A stretch of 64,000 bases of DNA from an uncultured bacterium (GTDB lineage Bacteria > Babelota > Babeliae > Babelales > Babelaceae): NCBI GenBank assembly GCA_963713855.1, contig OY970209.1, forward strand, positions 288,001-352,000, in the 5' to 3' direction. Below, piece after piece: positions 1-11,785 of the stretch. The stretch's first letter is position 1. The number at the start of each line of letters is the position of its first letter. The notes beneath the pieces are model-generated. The model was not told the origin of the DNA, made no database searches, and was given only the letters and a program-made list of their open reading frames with translations. The position numbers were made by a program, and so were the translations under genes.

Positions 1-938
1 AATCTAACGATATTGGACTTTTTCTCTTTAACCGCAAAACAGAGCAATGTGCGGTCTTTTTCATCCGGAAGATCGATAGGAATCCCATTTTTGAGAAGTA
101 ACTCTAGTTGAGTCGCTGGTTCATTTACATCTAAAATTCTCTGTAATGCTTTTATCTTCGAATTTGCATCAAGACCTTTTAAGATAAGATCTATTATGAC
201 AGCACCCAAATTGCGGTATTGAGCAATTGCCATTGGTGTGGTTCCACTCGCATTAGAAGCATTTATCTCAGCGCCATTCTCAAGCAAATATTGAGCAACG
301 TCTTGATGACCCTCTAGAAGAGCGTTGATCAAAGCAGTATTTTGCTCATTATCTGCTGCATTAATATCCGCCCCTTGACCTAGAAGCCATCTTACCATTT
401 GTAGATGACCTCCTTGAGCAGCAAGTATTAGGGGAGTTGCTCCTAAGTCTGTTCGAGCATGTACTGAAGCTCCACGTTCTACAAGATACTCGGCAACTTC
501 ATAGCGTCCCGCTCTAGCTGCAAAGTGTAGAGGATGGATGCCAAATTTGGTGCTTCGAGCTGTGGGACTCGCGCCAAATCCAATGAGAAGTTTTAGCGCA
601 TTAAGATTACCTGTTGACGCTGCTACATGAACAGCCTGATAACCCTCAGACCCATTAACAGCATCAATAACGGCTCCTTTCATTTTAAGCATCGTCACAA
701 TACGAATATGCCCATATTGCGCAGCAGTATATAAGGGAAAAACGCCTGCGTCATTTGGCTCATTAACATCAGCGCCCATTGCAATAGCAATCGCAAATGT
801 CTCTTCGTCACCATTATTTGCAGCGCCAAAAAGCAAACCTTTGACCACGATCTTTATATTGTCTTTTTTAGTCTCCATGCTTTGCAAGCTAAAAACAGCG
901 CTTAATGCCAAGAAAAAAAAATGGTACGGTTTTATCAT
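1..938 (-). CDS. Secreted ankyrin-repeat protein (partial, runs off the window start)
   Basis: Not in the ORF track. Manual translation from ATG 938 gives MIKPYHFFFLALSAVFSLQSMETK, then ANK motifs (GADVN..GVFPLYTAAQYGH, HPLHFAARAG, GATPLILAAQGGH, GADINAAD). Confidence 0.85.
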   Translation of the reverse strand, partial: MIKPYHFFFLALSAVFSLQSMETKKDNIKIVVKGLLFGAANNGDEETFAIAIAMGADVNEPNDAGVFPLYTAAQYGHIRIVTMLKMKGAVIDAVNGSEGYQAVHVAASTGNLNALKLLIGFGASPTARSTKFGIHPLHFAARAGRYEVAEYLVERGASVHARTDLGATPLILAAQGGHLQMVRWLLGQGADINAADNEQNTALINALLEGHQDVAQYLLENGAEINASNASGTTPMAIAQYRNLGAVIIDLILKGLDANSKIKALQRILDVNEPATQLELLLKNGIPIDLPDEKDRTLLCFAVKEKKSNIVR

Positions 939-1124
939 GATATCTACACATCTCTGCTTAAAAATAATACAATTATCATACGTAAATGAATTTCTGTCAA
1001 AAAGGCGACATAAAAACACGCCTATCTTAAAAAAAACAGACTTACTGGGTTGCATTCCTAAGAGTTTATTTTAAGCTATTTAAAAGTTCGCCGTTTTTTG
1101 ACCATTATTAAGGAAAGTATTTTT

Positions 1125-1745
1125 ATGAATTACGCTTTCAAAATGATTTTTTTAACAATCACGCTCTTACCTATCTTCTCGTTTTCTTCTGAGCTGCGAG
1201 ATAGCACCGCTCAAGAGTTAGACAACATCTTTTTTTCCAAGTCTGTCATGGACACCACTAAAGTTCAATTCGACTTCACTAATTTCGAAGAAATAATGAA
1301 ATATATGGGATGGTTTTTCAATCTTCATGCATCGCATCAAAAATATGTAGTTAACATCTTGAAGCATCAAATAGCGATTCGGGAAAGTAAAGCATTAGAA
1401 ATATTTAGCATTGACGAACTAAAAGCGTATGCGGTTTACTTACAGGAACTTCTACAAGACAAATTGAAAGAGCACGTCTTATTATTGGCAAATAGAAAAA
1501 ACGCAAGTACATTTTTAGCGCATTCTCTGGTTGTTATGCTTTTTTCCGCAGCGTTACTCGCGCATGGCATGAAAGCAAAGATCGGCGTAGCTTCTGTAGC
1601 TGCGGTGCTTGCGGCTTATAAAGCCTTTGATGCTATGGGCCTTCAAGACAAAGATATAACCGCAACGCTTACGGAAAACCTCTACGAAGAAACAATGGCC
1701 TTTATATACGAAACAATAGAAAAACGCTCAAAGAAACTTTCTTAA
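1125..1745 (+). CDS. Hypothetical protein with signal peptide and C-terminal hydrophobic hairpin
   Basis: ORF 1098..1745; ATG 1125 follows an AAGGA RBS; hydrophobic N-terminus and two hydrophobic segments near the C-terminus. Confidence 0.65.
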   Translation: MNYAFKMIFLTITLLPIFSFSSELRDSTAQELDNIFFSKSVMDTTKVQFDFTNFEEIMKYMGWFFNLHASHQKYVVNILKHQIAIRESKALEIFSIDELKAYAVYLQELLQDKLKEHVLLLANRKNASTFLAHSLVVMLFSAALLAHGMKAKIGVASVAAVLAAYKAFDAMGLQDKDITATLTENLYEETMAFIYETIEKRSKKLS

Positions 1746-1852
1746 AATAGCCATCTAGGCAGTACATGCATAAGCAAAGAGCGATTTGCGTTAAGCACAA
1801 AAAACGCTATGATACTTAATAAACTTAATAACTATTTTGTGAAAGAAAGCAC

Positions 1853-3070
1853 ATGCTTGGGCGTCTTCCATCTTTTATAGTATTACCTCTTTTGGGGCTA
1901 GCAAGCCTAGGCGGCTTTTATTACGCACGCTCGGCTTTTGATACCACGGCGCCAACCATAGCACTCAGCGGATTAGAAGCTGATCGTCATTACGCTGGCA
2001 CCGTACCCTGCTACATCAGATGCAAAGACCTGTGCAAAATACACGACATATCTATAATGCTTGACGATAAGCCATTAGTAAGCAATTACAAAGTTAACCG
2101 CTCAGAATGCGATTACCATTTCACTATCGCTTCAGAATCACTCCCCCAAGGCAAGCACAAGTTAAGAATCCATGTAACTGATAATTCACGCAATAAGAAT
2201 GAAGCGCTCAAAGAAGTTATTTTTTTTATCGATAACTTGCCTTTAGAAGCTGCAATTATAAAGCCTGATAAGGACTACAAAGTATTCCAAGGTCACGCTT
2301 TACACGTGCAATTTCAAGCTAATAAAGATATTCAAGAAGCTTACTTAGAAGCACTTTCTCAAAAGTATCCTTGCTTTCGTGAATCAATTCACGGTCCCAT
2401 TTACGAATGCTTTCTCCCGATAAAATGCGAAGAAGCTCCGAACGAGTATATTTTCTACCTCGTTATTGTCGATAAAGTTGGCAATAAAATTGTTTTGGAA
2501 AATAAGTTCCAGGTCATTATGTACCCATTTAAAAAACAATCCTTGACCATACCGGAAGAAAAAGTGAAAGAGGCAAAAGCTCAAGGGCTTCCTCAAAAAG
2601 ATCTTGAAAGCGAAGTAGAAAAAGCAACCGCTAGTTCTCCGGGAAAAAAATTGTGGCATGGAGCCTTTGATGTACCCATTGACATGAAGGGAATGTCGAC
2701 TGACTTTGGTACCTTGCGAACAACGCAAGATAGAGGTAGGTATAGGCACAATGCTCTTGATCTTCTTGGTGTTCCTCGCTCGGTTGTCTGGGCACCACAA
2801 GATGGTATTGTCGTCATCAAAGGGCTCTATGAACACAGCGGAAACACCGTCGTGTTAGATCATGGGTATGGCCTTTTAAGCTTATACTTTCATCTAGATG
2901 ATTTAGGTCCCGTTAACGTTGGCGATCTTGTCAAAAAAGGCAAAAACATAGGCAAAATAGGTAAAACTGGTTATGCAAGTGGCTATCACCTTCATTGGGA
3001 AATACGCTTAAATAACATTCAGGTCAATCCTACGCAATGGACTAAATACGACTTTATGAATCAAGTATGA
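1853..3070 (+). CDS. M23 family peptidoglycan metallopeptidase with N-terminal anchor and Ig-like region
   Basis: HNALD (HxxxD), GNTVVLDHG and GYHLHWE (HxH) M23 motifs; N-terminal TM segment. Confidence 0.9.
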   Translation: MLGRLPSFIVLPLLGLASLGGFYYARSAFDTTAPTIALSGLEADRHYAGTVPCYIRCKDLCKIHDISIMLDDKPLVSNYKVNRSECDYHFTIASESLPQGKHKLRIHVTDNSRNKNEALKEVIFFIDNLPLEAAIIKPDKDYKVFQGHALHVQFQANKDIQEAYLEALSQKYPCFRESIHGPIYECFLPIKCEEAPNEYIFYLVIVDKVGNKIVLENKFQVIMYPFKKQSLTIPEEKVKEAKAQGLPQKDLESEVEKATASSPGKKLWHGAFDVPIDMKGMSTDFGTLRTTQDRGRYRHNALDLLGVPRSVVWAPQDGIVVIKGLYEHSGNTVVLDHGYGLLSLYFHLDDLGPVNVGDLVKKGKNIGKIGKTGYASGYHLHWEIRLNNIQVNPTQWTKYDFMNQV

Positions 3071-3600
3071 TTTCTAGGCAACAGAGTATTCCTGACGAAA
3101 CATCGTGGATAAAGGCGATAGCTTTTACCTGGTCTTCAAAAAAAAGATACGCTGCAACAGTTTCTGCTACGTTTATGCTTATCTTCGTCTCTTGGCTTAT
3201 AGCTTTTAAACAATTGGATGTTCGAAAGAAAAATGTACGCATATTAGAGCAAGAATGCATCATGCTAGAGCATGAAATGAGCGCTTTGAAAGAAGAAACA
3301 TCCCACCTTAAAAAATCCGCCCCTATTACTTGTCAAAGCGCGAGCACACTCCTTACGTGCTTAACGCACCTTTTAGAAAGTGCCGGAATTACCCTTGAGT
3401 CATATACTACCACCCAACGCAAAAAGGGATCTTGCTCCATAAAGCTTACAGTGACAGGAACGTTTGAATCATTTATGGATTTTTTAGAATCACTCAAAAA
3501 TGAAGTACAAAAGCTACAACTTAAAAATATTACGCTTACCCGTCAACACACGCTGCGTTTACAAGCACACATAGAGCTTCAATCGACGCCACTTATGTAA
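3067..3600 (+). CDS. PilO/GspM-like type IV pilus alignment protein
   Basis: Single TM, coiled coil, then IKLTVTGTFESFMDFLESL, typical of PilO; ATGA overlap with the M23 gene. Confidence 0.7.
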   Translation: MISRQQSIPDETSWIKAIAFTWSSKKRYAATVSATFMLIFVSWLIAFKQLDVRKKNVRILEQECIMLEHEMSALKEETSHLKKSAPITCQSASTLLTCLTHLLESAGITLESYTTTQRKKGSCSIKLTVTGTFESFMDFLESLKNEVQKLQLKNITLTRQHTLRLQAHIELQSTPLM

Positions 3601-3611
3601 AGAGGTACCGC

Positions 3612-3815
3612 ATGAAAGTGCTTTTCTTTTTGATATTCGCCGCATGGACTTTGCCATTGAGTGGTATACGAAACCCCTTTTATTTTGGCAGCCAAGAAAA
3701 GGGCGAGCTTGTCGCCCGCGCATTCTTACATAAAAAGAAACTTGGACTTCGTATGTACGCCCAAAGTGAGGAAATTTGCGCCGAGACCTATCCAATAAAA
3801 AGCCCTTCAACTTAG
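3612..3815 (+). CDS. Small exported protein, possible minimal PilP-like
   Basis: GAGG RBS, signal peptide, IRNPF motif resembling the PilP RDPF motif, directly after the pilO-like gene. Confidence 0.4.
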   Translation: MKVLFFLIFAAWTLPLSGIRNPFYFGSQEKGELVARAFLHKKKLGLRMYAQSEEICAETYPIKSPST

Positions 3816-3829
3816 AAAGCTGAAGGGTT
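3797..3829 (-). terminator. Intrinsic terminator, possibly bidirectional
   Basis: Minus-strand stem CCCTTCAGCT/AGTTGAAGGG followed by CTTTTTATT. Confidence 0.65.
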
Positions 3830-3915
3830 AGGGGGTGAACAGTACTGCCGTACTGTTCTTTAGGGACATTGTAGAAATCACTTTCTGTATCTGGAAGATA
3901 CTGTCTTTCTTAACA
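3797..3915 (-). ncRNA. Candidate small RNA (~120 nt)
   Basis: Minus-strand TTGACA (3950-3945)-N18-TACGCT (3926-3921) with TG extension, internal hairpins and a terminator; no convincing ORF. Confidence 0.4.
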
Positions 3916-3958
3916 CCTTGAGCGTAACAACCAATTATTTCGTTGTCAAGCACACAGC

Positions 3959-4744
3959 CTATTGTGCAATCGTTATGTTATGCAATAATTTTTTTTCATA
4001 GACCATAAAACCTACGTTGTAGTAGGGCATACGATAATGGGGGTTAGCATGAATACACTCGTAGAGGAGCTTGAGGGCATCGTTCACTTGTCCATTACTG
4101 TACATTGCGCATGCTAAACTATTTATTGTTGCTGCATTTGGGGATACCGCGTGTGCTTTTTGCAACCACTCGATAGCTTTTTTAGCATCCTTTTTTTCAA
4201 AAGCCATCATTCCTAAGTTGTGTGCAGCAGGAGCAAAATCGGCATGCTCTTGGAAAGCTTTTTCAAACATTTCTTGCGCTTTATCTTCGTGATGCATTTG
4301 GTATTCAAGAAGAGCCAAATTATTAATGATGTGGGGATTAGACGGTTCAAGTGCAAGTGCTCTTTCAAGGTAATCCTTAGCAGCTTCGAATGCCCCGTAC
4401 CCAAACATAAGTGTTCCGAGGTTGTAAAAAGCAACAGCATTTTTGCCTTCATCGCGCTTAACTGCTGCTTCAAGCTGCTCAATACCTTCCTTGGCCATGC
4501 CCTGCTCCGCAAGTAACGTGCCCAGATTTACCATTATAAGCGTAGAGGTAGGGTGAAGACCGAGAGCCTTTTTATACAATTCAATAGCTTTTATCGGTTC
4601 GTTATTGGACATCGCACCTTCCGCGCTTTCTAGATACTGCGCTGCTTGCGGCTTTACATGAGCCACCAATGCTTCTTTTGTATAGTAGAAGCATGGTGAT
4701 TTTATTGGAGTGGTCATCAATTCCGGCTGTTGTGTAGTATTCAT
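3959..4744 (-). CDS. Tetratricopeptide-repeat protein
   Basis: Repeated TPR motifs (AFYNLG, ALALEP, NNLA, AAHNLG). Confidence 0.85.
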   Translation of the reverse strand: MNTTQQPELMTTPIKSPCFYYTKEALVAHVKPQAAQYLESAEGAMSNNEPIKAIELYKKALGLHPTSTLIMVNLGTLLAEQGMAKEGIEQLEAAVKRDEGKNAVAFYNLGTLMFGYGAFEAAKDYLERALALEPSNPHIINNLALLEYQMHHEDKAQEMFEKAFQEHADFAPAAHNLGMMAFEKKDAKKAIEWLQKAHAVSPNAATINSLACAMYSNGQVNDALKLLYECIHANPHYRMPYYNVGFMVYEKKLLHNITIAQ

Positions 4745-4778
4745 GAAAAAAAATCCTTCCTAGAAAGCTCTTAAATAT

Positions 4779-6373
4779 TTAAAAGAGCTCATTAATAACG
4801 TGGGCAACGTCTCTATGCTCAAAGCTCGTTACGGCTTTATAAAATGCTTCATCGTATGAGCGAGTCTCAATAACAACGGGCATCGCTACAGCGTGTCCAA
4901 TAATCAGAACCTGTTTTTTACTATCAAGCGCTGACAACACAGACCGTAATTGGGCTGCATTGCTTACACCCGTAATTACCGCAGCAATATCGCGTTCATC
5001 ATTCAATTGAGCAACAATTTTTGTACCTAGCTGTGATAAAATTTCAGCATCGATTCCCGAGGGCCGCTGATCCACAATAAGCAGTGAAACATAGTACTTA
5101 CGCATCTCTCGAGCAATCGTTGCAAAAATAGTTTGACGCGCTGCTGCAGGGTTTAAAAATTTGTGAGCTTCCTCAATAACAATCATGAGCTTTTTAGGCT
5201 CATCCTGAGGTGCATGGCTACCTAAAAACTTTTCAGTCTTTTGCGTATAAAGCGTATGTAAACGCCTTGTAATAATATTGGCTATAAGCAAATAGCAGAA
5301 GGTAGATGTATAATTGCCAAACTCAATGATAATAGATATACCCTGATTTATGTATGAAAGCATATCCTCAACAACATCAACGCCTTCCTGCTGTGGCACA
5401 AAAAAAGGAAGTCGTTCGATTTGGCGAAGTTTTCGGTATAAAGCCGCTATGGATTCAGGGTGCGCTCCAAGCTCTTGCGCAAATTCTTTAAGCCGTTCTC
5501 CCTGGCTTAATAGCACCGCTAACCAATCACGTTTATACCGAGCAGCCACTAAGTAGGCCGCTTCACATGCCGTTGCATGAAGATTGAGCTCATCTTGTAA
5601 AGAGAGCACATCTTCCACAGCAACCGATTGGTAGCTTAAGTTAAGAACAACATCTGGAGCACCTCCGCGTCTTCGCGTTGAAGCAGGGTCGAGCGAAAAA
5701 AGAGCAACACGGTTTCCAAAAAGCGTCTTTAACCCTTTTACAAAAGATTGCTTGGTCGATTCTTTGCGCGCCTGAAGGCCATACTCACTATGCATGTCGA
5801 AAATAAGTGTTACAGCTTTATCATTATGTATAAGGCCGGCAAGCAGTAACCGAGTTAAAAAAGTTTTACCGGTACCAGTTTTTCCAAAAACGCCTGTGCT
5901 CCTTTCTGTAAGCTTTTCAAGATTTATGCATACCGGCGTATCCATATCTATCGGGGTACCGAAATTAAAGTAACGCTTGCTTTCATCACGGTCATCACCA
6001 AAAATAAGCGCAATGTCACGCTGGTCAACCTCGCAAACTGGAGCAAAATGGAATGGTATCGTTTTTACGGGGCTTGGCTTTTGGTGTGCAGAAAGCATTA
6101 ACAGAGGCCTTAAAACCGCAAGGGCGTAAATATCTTTAAGGGGCAAAAACTGCTTTAAAAGTCGTTCATGCTCAGTCGGTGGAAAGAGCAAGATATCCGG
6201 ATTACTAACATCGAGCTTAAGATCGGTAATAAGCGAAAAAAATTTTCCCTGAGGAGTTACAATTGCCACAAACTTGCCAGCTTTAAGCTCTTGCATGTCG
6301 ACGTGCGGATCAATCCGCATCGTAAAACCTTCTTGCAAAGAACCGCTCAAAATGTGCCCAAGCACTTTATTCG

Positions 6374-6377
<4 letters not shown>
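4779..6377 (-). CDS. herA: HerA-like ATPase (HAS barrel plus DUF87 FtsK/HerA P-loop)
   Basis: GKTGTGKT Walker A, IFDMHSEYG, VIEEAHKF Walker B, AREMRKY, DQRPS; N-terminal beta-barrel region. Confidence 0.85.
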
Positions 6378-8079
<1,702 letters not shown>

Positions 8080-8210
8080 TCAATTTTTTTAGTAAGGTAT
8101 TACTTTCTAAGCTTGAGTATAGGCAAATGAAAACTGTTTGGCAACGATCTAAGCGCTCGAAGCTACTCTAATTTCATGCTTTTACCAAAAGTTCAAGGTA
8201 CCCACCTCAC

Positions 8211-8239
8211 TTGACGCTCATAAAACCCTCGATTATAAT
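8211..8239 (+). promoter_or_regulatory. Sigma70-type promoter of the Nudix gene
   Basis: TTGACG-N17-TATAAT. Confidence 0.65.
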
Positions 8240-8269
8240 TCGCTAAAACCGCTTAACAAAGGAAATATC

Positions 8270-9370
8270 ATGAAGTACTTGTTAACGTGCTTACTACTTA
8301 CGATAAGCATCCATAGTCTCCATTGCATGCAAGAGGGCGAAGATAAGAAAGACCAACATAAGAGTGATTTCAATTATATTCCACCTGATGCTCCTAAGCA
8401 AAAAGGTATGTGGTTATCAAATGAAGATTTTCCAAAGGTATTAGCTGCAACACCGCGCGTATGTGTTGACGTTATTCTGTTAAGAATTAACGAAAAAACC
8501 GGCAAGCTCGAATACTTCATCGTCAAGAGAAAAAATAGGCCCGCCAAGGGTTTTTGGTGGCTTCCTGGTGGTGGAATGAATCCTTGTGAAGAGATATTCG
8601 ATGCTGCTGAAAGAAAGTGTAACGTAGAAGGTGGTTTACTGGCTGCTTCATTCCGCACTGTCAATTTTTTTAGAACGAGATTTCCAGACTCTGATCACGA
8701 CCATCCTTTAACCCGCCAAATGCTACGAACCGACTCATTTAACTTCGTTGTTATAGCGTTTTATGACCCCGAAAGCCCTCGAACCGACCTTTACGAGGAT
8801 GCCGAAGCCGTTCAATGGGTTGATTTTGACAGACTCCCATCATCTTTACCTATGCCCTCAGAACAAGAACGCCAAGGCGTCGATGTAGCATACTTAGATG
8901 AAGCCCATAGGCAGGCACACGACATCTTAGATCCGCAAAGAGAAAATATAAGCAGTTTGATAGACCAAACTTTAATAGAACGCCGACTACTTCGAGAAGC
9001 TCAAACTATAACTGCAAATCAGCCAGAACCGCATGAAGAAGATCAAGAACTTAGACAATTTTCATTTGATGAAGAGCTCACATCGCAACCTAATGCTCAA
9101 GCTCGTCAAAATGCAACTCCATCCCCGCATGCGGCAGAAGTGACGTCACCACGTGCTATAAGGCCAGCTTCACCCACTCCACCAGTTCAAGCACGCATTT
9201 CACTTCGCCAAAGCCCCGCGGGTCAAGGATCCCCGCGAGTAGTAAGTCAAAATTACTCGTCACCCACCTGGTCCTCGGGAAGAAATAGAGGCATCGATCC
9301 AGCGCTGCTATTCGATAGGCTGACTGATCAAAATGCGTCAGGGCAAAACGCGGGCGAAAAGTCAAACTAA
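8270..9370 (+). CDS. Secreted Nudix hydrolase (GDP-mannose mannosyl hydrolase-like) with Ser/Pro-rich tail
   Basis: Signal peptide; TPRVCVDVI..KRKNRPAKGFWWLPGG..EEIFDAAERKCNVEGGL; low-complexity C-terminus. Confidence 0.75.
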   Translation: MKYLLTCLLLTISIHSLHCMQEGEDKKDQHKSDFNYIPPDAPKQKGMWLSNEDFPKVLAATPRVCVDVILLRINEKTGKLEYFIVKRKNRPAKGFWWLPGGGMNPCEEIFDAAERKCNVEGGLLAASFRTVNFFRTRFPDSDHDHPLTRQMLRTDSFNFVVIAFYDPESPRTDLYEDAEAVQWVDFDRLPSSLPMPSEQERQGVDVAYLDEAHRQAHDILDPQRENISSLIDQTLIERRLLREAQTITANQPEPHEEDQELRQFSFDEELTSQPNAQARQNATPSPHAAEVTSPRAIRPASPTPPVQARISLRQSPAGQGSPRVVSQNYSSPTWSSGRNRGIDPALLFDRLTDQNASGQNAGEKSN

Positions 9371-9376
9371 TAACGT

Positions 9377-9410
9377 AAGAGAGAGGGTGGTTAAAACCAC
9401 CCTCTCTCTT
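9377..9410. terminator. Bidirectional hairpin terminator between the convergent Nudix and lon genes
   Basis: Perfect 16-bp inverted repeat AAGAGAGAGGGTGGTT-AA-AACCACCCTCTCTCTT. Confidence 0.8.
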
Positions 9411-9415
9411 ATAAC

Positions 9416-11785
9416 TTAATGAGGATTTTTCTTTTCTAAAACAGTCGATGGAGGCATGAGTACATGGTGAATTACTTCATCAGCGTGGTTAACCCAAATA
9501 ACATCCATATCTTTTGCAAGCTCTTCTAGACCTGCAAAATCGTGAAAGTTCTTGACCGGCAAGATAACGTGATTGATGCGATTTCTTTTTGCTACAAGAA
9601 GCTTTTCTTTAAGGCCTCCGATAGCCATAACATTTCCGCGCAAATTAAGCTCTCCCGTCATTGCGTAATCGCCACTTATTGGCCGCTGAGTTAACGCGGA
9701 AAGTATTGAAGTAAGCATGGTAATACCAGCTGAAGGTCCGTCTTTTTGAACACCTCCTGCTGGAACGTGTAAGTGAATGTCATAATTTGAAAACATGCGT
9801 TGCGATATATCAAATTCTTGTGCATGGGCGCGTATATAGCTTAAGGCTGCGTGGGCAGATTCTTGCATAACGCTTCCAAGTTGTCCTGTCAGGATAAGTT
9901 TTCCGGTTCCTGGAACCACAACGGCTTCAATTTTTACAAGCTCACCCCCACACGAAGTCCATGCAAGTCCATTGGTAACACCAACATGCGATATTTTATC
10001 TGTATCATCTTCGGGAAACTTTTTAGGTCCAAGGTACTCTGAGAGCGTTCCGGGCTTAAAAACGATCATCTTGTCTTGCTCAACTAGAGCGCGTGCTGCC
10101 TTGCAGCAAAGCTTTTTAATGATACGTTCAAGCTCACGAACACCAGCCTCACGTGTATAGTAAGAGATTACCTCGTTAATAAGTTCTGGAGTAAATTCAA
10201 GCGTCTGATCTGCAAGACCTGTCTCTTCTATTGCCCGGCGAATAAGGTGGCGTTGCGCGATGGCACATTTTTCCTCAAGCGTGTAGCCAGAAAGCTGAAT
10301 AATCTCCATACGGTCTCTTAAAGGCTCTGATATTGTTTCTAAGCTATTAGCAGTAGCTATAAAAATCGCTTTTGAAAAATCAAAAGAGACTCCTAAATAG
10401 TTATCATAAAAAGTCTTATTCTGCTGAGGGTCAAGTACTTCAAGCATCGCAGCTGCAGGATCCCCCCTAAAATCGGCGCCTATTTTATCAAGCTCATCAA
10501 TGATGATAACAGGATTTAAAGAACCTGCCTTGCGAATACCTTGAACAAAACGACCAGGCATTGCACCCACATAGGTACGCCGATGGCCCCGTATTTCAGC
10601 TTCATCTTTTACACCACCAAGCGACACTCTAAAATAGGATCTTCCAAGACTTCGCGCAATCGATTTTCCAAGCGACGTTTTTCCCGTACCAGGAGGACCA
10701 ACAAAGCATAAAATAGGTGTATACCCATCCTGCTTAAGCCTACGCACAGAAATAAAGTCAAGAATCCGCTCCTTGATATCTTTAAGCCCGTAATGATCCT
10801 CATCAAGCACCATATAGGCTTTTTGAAGATCAAGGTTGTCTTCGGTTTCGGTATTCCACGGTAAAGCTAAAAACCACTCAATATAGGTACGTATGACCGA
10901 TGCCTCCATCGAATCAGGAGAAGTTTTTTCTAAACGATTAATTTGCCTTGTTATTTCAGCGCGCGCCTCATCGGCAAGAGTAAGTGCAGCCGTTTTTAAA
11001 CGCATACGCTCAATCTCGTCTAAGTCATCCTCGCCGAGCTCCTTCTTAATAGCTTTAAGCTGTTCACGTAAATAAAACTCTTTTTGAGATTTATTCATCG
11101 ATTCTCGAGCTCTGATCTTCACTCGTTCTTGCACCTCAGACACTTCTACCTCGCGTATAAGATGAGCGTGCAAGCCAGCAAGGAGGTCGCCGTACGTTTC
11201 AGCTTCAAGAAGAGTTTGTGATTGTTCAACGCTGAGTGTTAAATGGGAAAAGATAAAATCTGCGATTTTTTCTGGATCATGCATTTTAGAAAGTATGAGG
11301 TAAAAATCAGGGCTTAAAGATTGACCAGCTGCCGACATCTTTTCAGCTACGGCTTTAATGTCCTTAATACGCTGCGCAAGTATGGCACCATCTTCCGGCT
11401 TTGGTGGAAGGCGCTCTCCCTGTGCAGAAAGCATGTCCGTATCAGCAAGAATATCAAGTACCCGTGCCTTACACATGCCCTGGACGAGGATTTTTACGCC
11501 GCCTTCAGGTAATTTTATGAGCCTAATAATAGAAGCTATGGTACCAATGTCGTAGAGATCTTTTGTGCCAATAACTCCTTGTGGATTAAGCGTTTGCTTT
11601 TTTGAAGCAAGAAGAAAAACAAGCTTAGATTCGCTCTGGATGGCTTCGTTGATGCCGCGTATGATCCGCTCATCAAGTACCAACAATGGAACTATCATGT
11701 TAGGAAAAACCACTACATCCATTGTTGGTATAATCGGGAGCAGTTCTGTTACTGCCTCATGACTGTGCTTGGTAAGCGTCTTCAT
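9416..11785 (-). CDS. lon: ATP-dependent Lon protease
   Basis: Lon N domain, GPPGTGKTS, IIDELDK, KDGPSAG catalytic Ser, IGGLKEK. Confidence 0.97.
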   Translation of the reverse strand: MKTLTKHSHEAVTELLPIIPTMDVVVFPNMIVPLLVLDERIIRGINEAIQSESKLVFLLASKKQTLNPQGVIGTKDLYDIGTIASIIRLIKLPEGGVKILVQGMCKARVLDILADTDMLSAQGERLPPKPEDGAILAQRIKDIKAVAEKMSAAGQSLSPDFYLILSKMHDPEKIADFIFSHLTLSVEQSQTLLEAETYGDLLAGLHAHLIREVEVSEVQERVKIRARESMNKSQKEFYLREQLKAIKKELGEDDLDEIERMRLKTAALTLADEARAEITRQINRLEKTSPDSMEASVIRTYIEWFLALPWNTETEDNLDLQKAYMVLDEDHYGLKDIKERILDFISVRRLKQDGYTPILCFVGPPGTGKTSLGKSIARSLGRSYFRVSLGGVKDEAEIRGHRRTYVGAMPGRFVQGIRKAGSLNPVIIIDELDKIGADFRGDPAAAMLEVLDPQQNKTFYDNYLGVSFDFSKAIFIATANSLETISEPLRDRMEIIQLSGYTLEEKCAIAQRHLIRRAIEETGLADQTLEFTPELINEVISYYTREAGVRELERIIKKLCCKAARALVEQDKMIVFKPGTLSEYLGPKKFPEDDTDKISHVGVTNGLAWTSCGGELVKIEAVVVPGTGKLILTGQLGSVMQESAHAALSYIRAHAQEFDISQRMFSNYDIHLHVPAGGVQKDGPSAGITMLTSILSALTQRPISGDYAMTGELNLRGNVMAIGGLKEKLLVAKRNRINHVILPVKNFHDFAGLEELAKDMDVIWVNHADEVIHHVLMPPSTVLEKKNPH

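Noticed and set aside
841..1074. 77-aa plus-strand ORF
   Set aside because: It overlaps the start of the minus-strand ankyrin gene and its promoter region, and shows no recognisable motifs.
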